The translations under genes were made by a program, and so were the position numbers. 64,000 nucleotides of DNA from an uncultured virus (IMG/VR IMGVR_UViG_3300029305_005254) (taxonomy: Duplodnaviria; Heunggongvirae; Uroviricota; Caudoviricetes): IMG/VR virus record IMGVR_UViG_3300029305_005254, one strand, 5' to 3'. Positions 38,652 through 48,558 of the stretch are shown in pieces. The notes under the pieces are model-generated. The model worked only from the letters and a program-made list of their open reading frames with translations. It was not told the origin of the DNA and searched no databases. Each line of letters begins with the position of its first letter. The stretch's first letter is position 1.

Positions 38652-39167
38652 TTAATGCATTCCATAAGTTACAACAATAGAGCCTTCTTCTGTACTACTT
38701 TCATGCCATTCAAGATTACGGATTTTATCTCTTGCTGCAACTACTTGTATCTTCTCTATACTTGCACAACCTGAATACTCTCTTATAGTATTTAAAATAC
38801 TACCTAACACAGATAGTTGACTAGCATTTAATGCCTCTTCCCTATTACTTACCACAATAGATGGAACATTATTCACATCTCCCATTTTTAATGTAAATCT
38901 ATCTTTATCTGTTATAGCTCGTAAAGCAGACATAATTGCAGATTTCTCTGGCTGAAGAAAATAATTAAATGTTACTACAGAGTTTGATGTTTTAGCTATT
39001 ATATAACCTTTTTCATTTAATACTTTAGCATTGAATTCTCCACCTTTTTCTTTTACCAAAGTCTCGCCATACTTAAGGCAAGTAAACTTAGATGAAGATT
39101 TTATTGCGTTATAACACTTATCTTTCTTCGCATCTTTATAATCTTTATATACCCTGACCTGATACAC
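38652..39167 (-). CDS. hypothetical protein
   Basis: ORF with GGAGG RBS. Confidence 0.75.
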   Translation of the reverse strand: MYQVRVYKDYKDAKKDKCYNAIKSSSKFTCLKYGETLVKEKGGEFNAKVLNEKGYIIAKTSNSVVTFNYFLQPEKSAIMSALRAITDKDRFTLKMGDVNNVPSIVVSNREEALNASQLSVLGSILNTIREYSGCASIEKIQVVAARDKIRNLEWHESSTEEGSIVVTYGMH

Positions 39168-39229
39168 AACACTAGCCTCCCATTTGTCTAATTATACCAT
39201 ATATCTATATAAGTTAAAACTTATATTAA

Positions 39230-39266
39230 ATAAGCCTATACTATGACTTACATAATATAGGCTTAT
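39230..39266 (-). terminator. terminator-like hairpin
   Basis: ATAAGCCTATA / TATAGGCTTAT inverted repeat. Confidence 0.7.
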
Positions 39267-39275
39267 CTAAATTAA

Positions 39276-40004
39276 CTAATTTCTTCCCATTGGTGCAATA
39301 TTGATGAATAAAGCATTACTACTTGGTGCAACTGTTAAATTCTCAATTACAGCATCCTCTTTAGCAAGAACCTGCTCTGGAGTTCTAACAACATTTCCAA
39401 TCATAATACCGTAACCCATCTTAACACAAATAGCACAAAGCTCCTTAAGAGTTACTGCATATGCTGGGTAAGATTTTCCATCTACTGTGATAGTCTGGCT
39501 ATCGTTAGTACAATAGATACCTATTCTACCCTGATATCTTTTCTGCATCTGTTCGATGAGACCAATCTTTGCCTTCTCTCTATGCTGTGCTGCATACTGC
39601 AAGTCATTAGCATTAAGAGGTCCTTTATTGTTCTCATCAAGTAAAGAACAAAGATGCTGCATCTGCATATAAATTAAGTAACCATAAATATTTCTGTTGT
39701 GGTCATAAGTTACCTTCTGAACACTACATACAGAACTGTTCTTGAATGCTTCAAGATTTCTCTTGATGTCTGGGTTACTTCTTACAAACTCCCAACAACA
39801 ACCGTTAAGCACATTCTTAGTAATAGTGCTTGCTGCAATCTGCTCCTCTATAGGTCTAGCAGTCAATGCCTCTGCAAATACTCTTGCCTTCTCCTCTACA
39901 GAAAGTTTTTTATACTCCTGAGCTGGCAACTGTAAGCCTATTTTAGCTTTGTTTGGGTTAGAATCTGGAATACTAAGATATTCCTGTGCAGTTAAATTAC
40001 TCAT
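39276..40004 (-). CDS. hypothetical protein
   Basis: 242-aa ORF, strong RBS, followed by terminator. Confidence 0.85.
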   Translation of the reverse strand: MSNLTAQEYLSIPDSNPNKAKIGLQLPAQEYKKLSVEEKARVFAEALTARPIEEQIAASTITKNVLNGCCWEFVRSNPDIKRNLEAFKNSSVCSVQKVTYDHNRNIYGYLIYMQMQHLCSLLDENNKGPLNANDLQYAAQHREKAKIGLIEQMQKRYQGRIGIYCTNDSQTITVDGKSYPAYAVTLKELCAICVKMGYGIMIGNVVRTPEQVLAKEDAVIENLTVAPSSNALFINIAPMGRN

Positions 40005-40047
40005 TTCACAATCCTCCTATTCAAAAATTTATTTAATAAAGATAATT

Positions 40048-40425
40048 TTAATACTTCCTCTCACAAATAATATTATTTCCTGTCTCCAATAAAGAATATT
40101 CAGGTAATTTACAAAGTACATACCTTTTAAAAGCATAAGGTGGATTCTTAACCTTAAATCCTATAACAACTTTATTAGTTGAATACACCAACATCCTACC
40201 CTGTAAAGCCTTATATAAATCTATTAAGCTGTTACCATGATAGTATGAGGTTACATATTCAACATCTATATCAGAATACCCCATACTTCGTATAAACGCT
40301 TTTGTAAATTTAAAACTGTTAAGTTGTTTTATATTAACTCTATTTACAGTCTTACATACGTGAGCTAACATCTGTATTGATAATCTCTCTTTTGTTTTTG
40401 ACCTAACATTGCTTGCATAAGCCAT
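40048..40425 (-). CDS. hypothetical protein
   Basis: Start adjusted to MAYAS behind GGAGG. Confidence 0.75.
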   Translation of the reverse strand: MAYASNVRSKTKERLSIQMLAHVCKTVNRVNIKQLNSFKFTKAFIRSMGYSDIDVEYVTSYYHGNSLIDLYKALQGRMLVYSTNKVVIGFKVKNPPYAFKRYVLCKLPEYSLLETGNNIICERKY

Positions 40426-40448
40426 AAACAACACCTCCATTCCCTATA

Positions 40449-41831
40449 CTATAGGAATTTCTGAGAAAACCAATAAACAACTGTTCCCATTACCTTAAAT
40501 ACTCCACCTGAAACTAAAACACCTCCTACAACAAATATAATAATTATCGAGAATGTTAATTTCTTTGTAGTAATATACTTACTAGAAACATCCTCTTTAT
40601 CAATATCATTAGGTGCATAGTTTATAATACCTAAAGATACTGTTTTAACCATACTAATATCTATCCAAGTATTTACTTTATCTAAAACCATAGCTGTTAA
40701 TAACAACATAGAATATACCATTAATAGCAAACCTATAAATACTACAAAACCTCTAGCCTTATCTAGTGATATCGATTCCTCTTGTAATTCTAAATCTGCT
40801 TTTATCTCTTCTAATGTTACTAACTCGCTAGTATTTAAATTTTCCCTTCCTACTATATCTATATTGCTTTGACCTTCAGCTATTCCACCATATTTAGGCA
40901 TTCCTGCTAATTCCCACTCACTAACAATAGCACTACCACTGGAAGATTGATGACCTCCTTCTCTTGAACTATCATCTATATCTCCTATATTATAACTTAC
41001 AGATTTTGCTTCCTCACTTATGGCATTAAAATCACTTGTATTTAAGTTTAGGTTATACATTCTATAATAAGCTATTCTATTCTCTCCCTCACCATTTCCT
41101 ATATTATATTTTTCCTGAACCTTACTAGCACTACCTGGTTTTCCATATAACTCTATAGTATTAGTGCCCACTGCTGCATACAAGTTCTTATATTGAGGGA
41201 GATACATTGTTTCAAACTCAAACATTATGTTCCATAAAACACTCTCGGGTGGTCCACCATTAGTATGATTGTTAGAATTGAAATCACTACAAATAAAATG
41301 TATACAAGTACCATCTGTTAATATAATATCTACAACTTGCCCATTACAAGCACTACTATTCTCTCCACTAGGTGCAAAGCCATTTGTTCCAGCTAAATCA
41401 TTTGCAAAGAAAAAACCTTGTAAGGCTGATACATAGAATTCTATACCATTGTAATTTATTGTCCAAGCTCCCGTCTCTTCCTCATAATAACCTTCAGCTC
41501 CATAAGTTGGACAACTATCAGTATAATAATTGACATAACATCCTGGATACCAAGCCTTCTTTTCTTCAGCCAATGGTTGCCAATTACTGTAACTAGGTGT
41601 ACTTGCTACTATATCTATAGCATACCCTCCTATTTCTCCTATTGTTACATTATAAGGTATAGCACAATCATAATACTCTCCTGAATCAAAAGAAGATGGT
41701 AATCCTGAATCACCATAAGGATTTTCTTTCTCATACCCGTCGTTAGGCATAGTCTCTTCTGCATTACACACTATAGGATTGCACATTAAAACAATTACTA
41801 ATATACTAATTATAATCTTTAGTTTATTCAT
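40449..41831 (-). CDS. secreted-domain membrane protein (signal peptide + C-terminal TM helices)
   Basis: MNKLKIIISILVIVLMCNPIVCNA signal; two C-terminal hydrophobic helices. Confidence 0.8.
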   Translation of the reverse strand: MNKLKIIISILVIVLMCNPIVCNAEETMPNDGYEKENPYGDSGLPSSFDSGEYYDCAIPYNVTIGEIGGYAIDIVASTPSYSNWQPLAEEKKAWYPGCYVNYYTDSCPTYGAEGYYEEETGAWTINYNGIEFYVSALQGFFFANDLAGTNGFAPSGENSSACNGQVVDIILTDGTCIHFICSDFNSNNHTNGGPPESVLWNIMFEFETMYLPQYKNLYAAVGTNTIELYGKPGSASKVQEKYNIGNGEGENRIAYYRMYNLNLNTSDFNAISEEAKSVSYNIGDIDDSSREGGHQSSSGSAIVSEWELAGMPKYGGIAEGQSNIDIVGRENLNTSELVTLEEIKADLELQEESISLDKARGFVVFIGLLLMVYSMLLLTAMVLDKVNTWIDISMVKTVSLGIINYAPNDIDKEDVSSKYITTKKLTFSIIIIFVVGGVLVSGGVFKVMGTVVYWFSQKFL

Positions 41832-41835
41832 ATAC

Positions 41836-42528
41836 CTACCCCTTTACTAAATAGATATTGTAGCCCTCTTTTTCAATTTTTACAGTGTTTTCGAATGTTA
41901 TAGGGCAAGAGTATAAGTTACCTATAGTTATTAACTGTTCTTTATAGTAATTCTCGTTTAGAGATACACCTGAATAGTCACAAATAATAGCTATATTAGA
42001 GTAAGTGTCTTTATTTTTATAAATATATACTACATAAACTCCATCTATAACATCTATAGCTTCTAAACAAGTAATAAAAGACACTGCATCGTATTGCTCT
42101 ATATCTTCAACAGTATAAAGCTCACTATAAGACTTTACCTCTAAACGAGTGTAATCTTCTGTTGGGGCATTTTGTCTATAATAATCTGACTCGCTTACTA
42201 TAGTGTTAAATCGACTAGATAAGTCCTCTTCCCTTAGAGAATCTACCAGTTTAACTATACTAGGATTATTTTCATAAGACACCGTTGATTCCACATTGGA
42301 AGATATGTTGTAAACAGAATCATTACCAAACTCATCCTCTGTGACATGGCTACCATAAGTTTCTAAACCTTGCACTACATATTCTTCTGTTGTCTTTAAT
42401 GCTTCCTCAACCACAAAATCCTCAGACTGATAAGAGTTGTCTAGTATCTTACTAGACAACTCTTTAACCAAAAGTAATAACAATATAATGCTTAATACAA
42501 TAGCAATGTATTTTACCCTTCTCTTCAC
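41836..42528 (-). CDS. membrane-anchored exported protein
   Basis: MKRRVKYIAIVLSIILLLLLV anchor. Confidence 0.8.
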   Translation of the reverse strand: MKRRVKYIAIVLSIILLLLLVKELSSKILDNSYQSEDFVVEEALKTTEEYVVQGLETYGSHVTEDEFGNDSVYNISSNVESTVSYENNPSIVKLVDSLREEDLSSRFNTIVSESDYYRQNAPTEDYTRLEVKSYSELYTVEDIEQYDAVSFITCLEAIDVIDGVYVVYIYKNKDTYSNIAIICDYSGVSLNENYYKEQLITIGNLYSCPITFENTVKIEKEGYNIYLVKG

Positions 42529-42710
42529 TATAATATCACCATCCTTAAAACTAATAATATAATAAACAAAATAATAATTAAAAGCAAAATTAAACCCTTT
42601 GAACTTTTCTTTTCATAGTGCTTTAAACTAGGGTCCTTGACCATATCGTTATAATCTTTATTTGCCTTCTTTATTCTTTGAATTAGTGAACCTTTCTTTC
42701 TCACTAACAA
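42528..42710 (-). CDS. small membrane protein
   Basis: C-terminal hydrophobic helix. Confidence 0.65.
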   Translation of the reverse strand: MLVRKKGSLIQRIKKANKDYNDMVKDPSLKHYEKKSSKGLILLLIIILFIILLVLRMVIL

Positions 42711-42717
42711 TACCCTC

Positions 42718-44388
42718 CTAAACTGATATAAATTGACTAACTCCTAAATCCACCATAACATTTATCTCTGGAAATGCCTTATTAAATCTACAAGGCATAG
42801 ACAGTATCTTCATAGAGTTATTTGCTAAATCTTGAGTTGTTGCCCAAAATGCAAATATTATATCTGGGGTTCTTATTACCTCGGAAGATGTACCTGCTGA
42901 GGTACGCATCTCGGCATCTGCTGTACTACCCTTTGCTACTAATGTTTCAAAAGCATCTTGTTTATACTGACCTGGTGTAATTACTGCAATATTATGTTGT
43001 CTACAATATACTAATAGTTTCTTGTATGCCTCAGCTACAGCTTCTCTTTCAGACTTATTCTTTTCAGAGCCTATTAACTGTAGGTAATCTATAACAAGTA
43101 ATCTACTATTATTAGATTTAACAGATGTATCTATATCAGAAATAAAAGTCTCCACATTAAAAGCTCTATCTATGAAATCAATGTTTCCATAGCTCTGATT
43201 ACTAGCAAGGTCTAACTTACTAGACATTTCAAGTTGTTTTAACTCCTCATTAGGGAATTTATTGTGGGCAATTGCATCCTGGTCTACACCATACTTACGC
43301 TCTGTTATAGACGCTCCTGTATTGTATGTGTAATCAAAATGAATAGCTCTTAACTCAGCTAAGAAATTTTCATTACCACCCTCTACTGCCCATACAGAAA
43401 CATTATTTCCATACTTTATAGCAGTGGTATGAACTATTCTAGACATAAACTTTGTCTTACCTGCCTTAGGTGGTGCTATAACCTGATAAAACATACCTGT
43501 ATAAATACCACCATATACATTATTCAAAGCTTCAAGTCTATCAAAATCAGAAATCTTATAAGATTGCTGCTCTTGTTTCTCTTCCATTAACATTTCTCTA
43601 GCAGATATAAAACCAGTGCCACTATCAGCATTAGTTATACCCTCTAATTCTGCTAACTTTCTACGTGTATAATTATAGCTATCATCAAAACCTGAATACT
43701 TATTTCTTCCTATTGTTAATCCATCTGATAAAATCATCTGAGCCTGGTGGTAAACTCGTTCTGCTTCAATTGCTTTATACTCTATCAAATACTTTTCAAA
43801 TAAAGTATTATACTCTACCTCGGTTAGGTCTGGCATAGTAAGAAGTCTTCTAAAATGCTTTAAAACACCACTTATATATCCTAACTCTACAGAACCATCT
43901 AACTCACCATAAGCATTGATGTCTATTAAACCCTTAGCTCTCTGTAACAACTTCTTATTTCTGTTTAAGTATAACTTTAAGAACTCTTCATCGATATTAA
44001 TATCCCTAATCTTACCCCTAAATTGATATAAAACTGAGAATAATACATAATTCTCATCTCTAAATACCATAGGATTAGATAAAGACATTAACTTTTCTAT
44101 AGCATATCTTGATAAAGGTCTATTACCTAAACAGTTAGATAATATACTATCTGCGAACTGCTTCAACCTTTCTTCAGGCGAAAAGGTATCGGACTCCTCT
44201 TCGGAGTCCTCGACCTCTAATCCACCTAAATCTTCTAAGGATATAGTATAACTTTTAGCCACAGATTCTTCATCGACATATTCATCTGAATCGTCAGTCT
44301 CTTCATTATTTAGTTTTTCATCTTTTACTTTAGATAGATTTTCTTCAGAGTAGAAGTCATCCTCTTCATCGAAACCTGTGTTTCCCAT
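42718..44388 (-). CDS. dnaB: DnaB-like SF4 replicative helicase
   Basis: IAPPKAGKT, WAVEG, LVIDYLQLI, ITPGQ; acidic N-terminus. Confidence 0.85.
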   Translation of the reverse strand: MGNTGFDEEDDFYSEENLSKVKDEKLNNEETDDSDEYVDEESVAKSYTISLEDLGGLEVEDSEEESDTFSPEERLKQFADSILSNCLGNRPLSRYAIEKLMSLSNPMVFRDENYVLFSVLYQFRGKIRDINIDEEFLKLYLNRNKKLLQRAKGLIDINAYGELDGSVELGYISGVLKHFRRLLTMPDLTEVEYNTLFEKYLIEYKAIEAERVYHQAQMILSDGLTIGRNKYSGFDDSYNYTRRKLAELEGITNADSGTGFISAREMLMEEKQEQQSYKISDFDRLEALNNVYGGIYTGMFYQVIAPPKAGKTKFMSRIVHTTAIKYGNNVSVWAVEGGNENFLAELRAIHFDYTYNTGASITERKYGVDQDAIAHNKFPNEELKQLEMSSKLDLASNQSYGNIDFIDRAFNVETFISDIDTSVKSNNSRLLVIDYLQLIGSEKNKSEREAVAEAYKKLLVYCRQHNIAVITPGQYKQDAFETLVAKGSTADAEMRTSAGTSSEVIRTPDIIFAFWATTQDLANNSMKILSMPCRFNKAFPEINVMVDLGVSQFISV

Positions 44389-44402
44389 ATTTACTGTCTC
44401 CT

Positions 44403-46580
44403 TTAGTTAAGGTCTTTACATATATCTAAATAATCACCATCCAATAATTCCTCTGGGTTACCATAGAACTCACCCTTAAACCACTTAATTTTACCTATCA
44501 AATCATCTGGGTTTTCAATGTAGGTAGCAAGACCAAACTGCTCAAATCCCTTTAAGTAGCTTGTGTTTATATCTGAACCTGATAATACCTTAGCTCTACT
44601 ATTTCTAGAACGAACTGGAACATCCTCAGTTATAACAACACCCAACTTTAACCTTTCTGTAGTATCATCAGCCAACAAGATGTAGTCTGGGATCTCCTCC
44701 TCTTCATAGATATGTAATAGCTTATCTCTTACAGCTAAACATACACCATTATTGATAATCTTAGTATTCTTCTTTCCTACAAACTCAGATGTGTCAAAGA
44801 AACCAATGTAACCATCTCTATACACCAACATCTTCTTAGTACCATCTATATTACATAGATAAAGTACCTTGTAATCAGGTTCAAAAGTAGCATTAAAATA
44901 CTTTGCAAGATATACACCCTGTTCTCCTTCTGGAGTGAAAGGTATTTCTTTACCCACTACTCTTACAATTCTGCCGAAATTGTCGAAACCTATAAGTGAA
45001 CTACTTGCTGTAGATTCTATCTCACAAAGGATATCATCTCTACCCTCATAAAGCTTTGTTCTAGACTTAACAAGGAAACCATCCTTCTTAAGAGTGTATA
45101 CACAATAACTTGTATCAAGTATTTCAGTAGAGTCTGAAATCTTTGAGAACTTATAGTCCTTATAAGTTACTTCAGTCTTTCTATCACAGTAGCCTTCCAT
45201 TGACTTCTCACGCTTAATAGATTCTAACTCATTGATAATATAACTGTCTAAATCAGCTAAATAAGAGTTCCAAGTAGCTTCTGTCTCTAATAAGGTCTCA
45301 TATCTATTCTTGTACTTACCACCTTTATTAAAGGTTGAACCTTTTCTATCGTATATCCAATTACAAACATCAATTGGAATATCTGGAAAGAGTTCATTGA
45401 GGTAATCCTGACAATCCTTCTTGGAAAGCTTTGTAAGTCGTCTTACATATTCATCTTTCCATTCCTCGTTCATAACAAGTCTCAAGAAATAATCAAGAGT
45501 GGTTTTCTCACCCTGTAAACTCTCAAGTAATTTAATAAACTTGGTAGTAAGTACTGTTTTCCTCCAATTTACCCATGTTTCTACTACTCCATAAACACCA
45601 AGTATTTTAGGAGTACCATCATCAATTACAAGAATATTACTTGCAAATATATTCTGAAGAATATTCATTCTGTATAATGTGAGTAATACTTCATCTACAG
45701 CTCTCTTGCTTTTACAATTGATAGTAATAAAAGCTCTAGACTCTCTACCTGTTGTATTAATAACACTTGAAACACCATCAATGTTGGAGTTCTTTATAGT
45801 TTTCACTATACCTTCTACAGTCTTACCATAAGGAACTTCCTTAACAAGTATAGTCTTACCTTCTATCTCTACCTTAGCTCTAATCTTTAACTTACCTTTA
45901 CCAGTTAACATAATCTTAGCTAATTCAGATTTATCACCTACAAGAATTCCTCCTGTAGGGAAATCTGGTACTATCATATCCTCTACATCAAGTTTTCCAT
46001 TTTTGATATACTTAACTGTTAAATCAAGAACATCAGCAAGGTTAAAGCAAGGCATCTTGGTTCCTGCAGATACTGCAATACCCTCTGCTCCATTTACTAG
46101 AACGACTGGATATCTAGCTGGAAGAACTTTTGGTTCAAAGCCTTCACCCTCTTCTGCTGGAACTAATTCCATCGCTTCCTTATCTACAAAAAAGTCATCT
46201 GCATTTTTATTTAGCATAAACTTTGGGTATCGCATTGCTGCTGGTGGGTCTGAACTGTAAACCTTACCCAAGTTACCCATTCCGTGAAAGAATGGGATAT
46301 TACAAGAACCATTCTCATCAGTTAATAAGGTAAATGCTCCATACACTGAACTGTCACCATGAGGGTGTAACTTAAGTGCATCTGATACAACTACAACACA
46401 CTTCTGTAATCTACCTTTATCATTTTCCTTAGCAGAGTGAAGAATTCTTCTACCAACTGGCTTAAGACCATCTCTTACGTCGGGAACTGCTCTCTCAGCA
46501 ATAATATTCATCGCATAATCAACATAACCATCAACAACGTTACCAAAATCTTTTGACGGTCCGTTATATATCATTGACAT
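44403..46580 (-). CDS. type IIA topoisomerase subunit A (GyrA/ParC-like)
   Basis: RAVPDVRDGLKPVGRRIL, HPHGDSSVY, PAAMRY, LVNGAEGIAV, PDFPTGG. Confidence 0.95.
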   Translation of the reverse strand: MSMIYNGPSKDFGNVVDGYVDYAMNIIAERAVPDVRDGLKPVGRRILHSAKENDKGRLQKCVVVVSDALKLHPHGDSSVYGAFTLLTDENGSCNIPFFHGMGNLGKVYSSDPPAAMRYPKFMLNKNADDFFVDKEAMELVPAEEGEGFEPKVLPARYPVVLVNGAEGIAVSAGTKMPCFNLADVLDLTVKYIKNGKLDVEDMIVPDFPTGGILVGDKSELAKIMLTGKGKLKIRAKVEIEGKTILVKEVPYGKTVEGIVKTIKNSNIDGVSSVINTTGRESRAFITINCKSKRAVDEVLLTLYRMNILQNIFASNILVIDDGTPKILGVYGVVETWVNWRKTVLTTKFIKLLESLQGEKTTLDYFLRLVMNEEWKDEYVRRLTKLSKKDCQDYLNELFPDIPIDVCNWIYDRKGSTFNKGGKYKNRYETLLETEATWNSYLADLDSYIINELESIKREKSMEGYCDRKTEVTYKDYKFSKISDSTEILDTSYCVYTLKKDGFLVKSRTKLYEGRDDILCEIESTASSSLIGFDNFGRIVRVVGKEIPFTPEGEQGVYLAKYFNATFEPDYKVLYLCNIDGTKKMLVYRDGYIGFFDTSEFVGKKNTKIINNGVCLAVRDKLLHIYEEEEIPDYILLADDTTERLKLGVVITEDVPVRSRNSRAKVLSGSDINTSYLKGFEQFGLATYIENPDDLIGKIKWFKGEFYGNPEELLDGDYLDICKDLN

Positions 46581-46688
46581 AAATCTATCCTCCTAAGTAT
46601 TTTACTTTAGTATAGTTTAACATAAATCATACTAAATAAGAATGCAATTATATAAGAATATAAAAATATCTTATTTAAATCTAGATAT

Positions 46689-48005
46689 TTAATATAATCT
46701 TTCTAAAGCTTCTGGATATCTTGAACAAGCTTCATGACAGCTACCTAATATATCACACTTTCTTTTGCACTCATATATACTATTCTCACCCTCACGAGTA
46801 GATACCATATCTAAATAAGCTCTACCTGATGAGCTAAATTTCTCTCTATTATCTAAGAAACGCTCTAAGGTATCCTTAGTCTGCAACATAGTCTCTAACT
46901 GAGCTCTACTACATAACCTTTCCTCACACTTAAGTACAAAATTGGATATATGTCCAACCTCTATTATATTTACTAATCCTGCTTGTGGAGTTAAGTCCAC
47001 TATAGACATTAAATCCCCAAGCCATTCTTTTTCTAAACAAGTACCCTTAATCATTGGTGGAATGAAAAAGTTTGGAGAATTTTCATCGTCTAACATTCTC
47101 ATAAAATATTTTATAGTTCTATGACGCTGAGCCTGAGCAATCTGTACAAAACTAGCATTATAGCTTATAGAATAGGAATCCCCAATCTTATCCTTATCAT
47201 ACAAATCCATTGGATGCTCAAATCCTGGAGTCCCTAAACCACATAAGAAATCAAAGCTTCTATTCTTGTTATCTCTTAACTCTGGTATGTACAAAGTATT
47301 CCATATGAAATCCTCTAAAATAGATATATCACAGAAAAGCTCAGTAATGAAGTTACTTACCTTCTCACCTTTGTAAGTCACCTTAAATCTTCTCTCACAA
47401 GCACCACCTGACTTGATGTACTCCTTGAAAGCAGGATAGTCATCAACACCATAATAGTCTGTAAATCTTTCACACCAATCAAGGATATAGTTCCATTGTC
47501 TTAAACTGGTTGTATAGCTCATAGTTGTACTTCTTGTAAATACAGATAATACATATCTTGCATTTTCCTGAGCTATTTTAGTACACAGAGATGGTTCTAT
47601 TTTAGGATTAAGATATATTAGTCTCTCTTCAAATATACCCTTCCATTTATCATATAAGTCTCTTTCCACCTCACTGTTTCCTGTCATAACTGTATATCTT
47701 CCTGATTTCTCGCTTGTAGCATAATTCTGCATACTGTTAAGAACTATTGCTAACATTTTAGATATATTCTCAAATACTACTGTCACATTAGTATGGTCTG
47801 ATATACTATGATGACCTAAACAACTTGTACTTATGAATCTCTTCATTGCTAAAGAACTATCCTGTATATTAAGACTAAGATAGTCTTCTTTCATATAACA
47901 AATACCTGCGTTCTTGCCACTAAATACCCTTAAGTTGTTTAATTGCTCTTCGGTTATACCGTTTGTTTCTACTGTTAATCCTGTTACTGTTACCTTAGTA
48001 CTCAT
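46689..48005 (-). CDS. thyX: flavin-dependent thymidylate synthase with tandem ThyX domains
   Basis: GHHSISDH, SEKSGRY, ENARYVL (domain 1); QAQRHR, ERLCSRAQLE (domain 2). Confidence 0.85.
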   Translation of the reverse strand: MSTKVTVTGLTVETNGITEEQLNNLRVFSGKNAGICYMKEDYLSLNIQDSSLAMKRFISTSCLGHHSISDHTNVTVVFENISKMLAIVLNSMQNYATSEKSGRYTVMTGNSEVERDLYDKWKGIFEERLIYLNPKIEPSLCTKIAQENARYVLSVFTRSTTMSYTTSLRQWNYILDWCERFTDYYGVDDYPAFKEYIKSGGACERRFKVTYKGEKVSNFITELFCDISILEDFIWNTLYIPELRDNKNRSFDFLCGLGTPGFEHPMDLYDKDKIGDSYSISYNASFVQIAQAQRHRTIKYFMRMLDDENSPNFFIPPMIKGTCLEKEWLGDLMSIVDLTPQAGLVNIIEVGHISNFVLKCEERLCSRAQLETMLQTKDTLERFLDNREKFSSSGRAYLDMVSTREGENSIYECKRKCDILGSCHEACSRYPEALERLY

Positions 48006-48294
48006 CTTTCTCCTCCTGTTGTACTCTTTTTATATTCTTTACTACAAATAAAGAAAAGTTGTTAAATAATGTACTACCCTCATAGGCTAGTACACCCTCA
48101 CTTATCTGTAATAAGTTTATTAATGGTATATCATCTTGTTTTGAATAACCCTTACCTTCTTCAAGAGTCTCTTCAAACCACTTTGTATAGCACTTATACT
48201 CAGAACCCTCAAGTAAACTATAAAAGTCACCTATATTTACAATACCACTAGTTAACTTAAGATTTTCCTTGTTTTCTTCTTGCATTACAACCAC
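47995..48294 (-). CDS. hypothetical protein
   Basis: ORF coupled to thyX. Confidence 0.7.
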   Translation of the reverse strand: MVVMQEENKENLKLTSGIVNIGDFYSLLEGSEYKCYTKWFEETLEEGKGYSKQDDIPLINLLQISEGVLAYEGSTLFNNFSLFVVKNIKRVQQEEKDEY

Positions 48295-48506
48295 CTCTCC
48301 TTCTATACAACCTAATAAAATACAATTGATTTTTAAGTAAACGATGCCTAACTCTAACCTTAAGAAATTACCAAAGAATTCAAAATTATTCTAGAAAATA
48401 TAGATATATTCTCTAAAAATATAAGTAGTATTATATTTTAGCTGAATTACTAATCTTATTAAGTTACCAAATTATTACAAATCGACTAATAAAATATATT
48501 AAAGAA

Positions 48507-48541
48507 TTAGTGGAAATACCTATAAAAAGCATTCCCACTAA
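48507..48541 (-). terminator. terminator-like hairpin
   Basis: TTAGTGG..CCACTAA stem downstream of topoisomerase B gene. Confidence 0.55.
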
Positions 48542-48558
48542 CACTATAATATACTATC

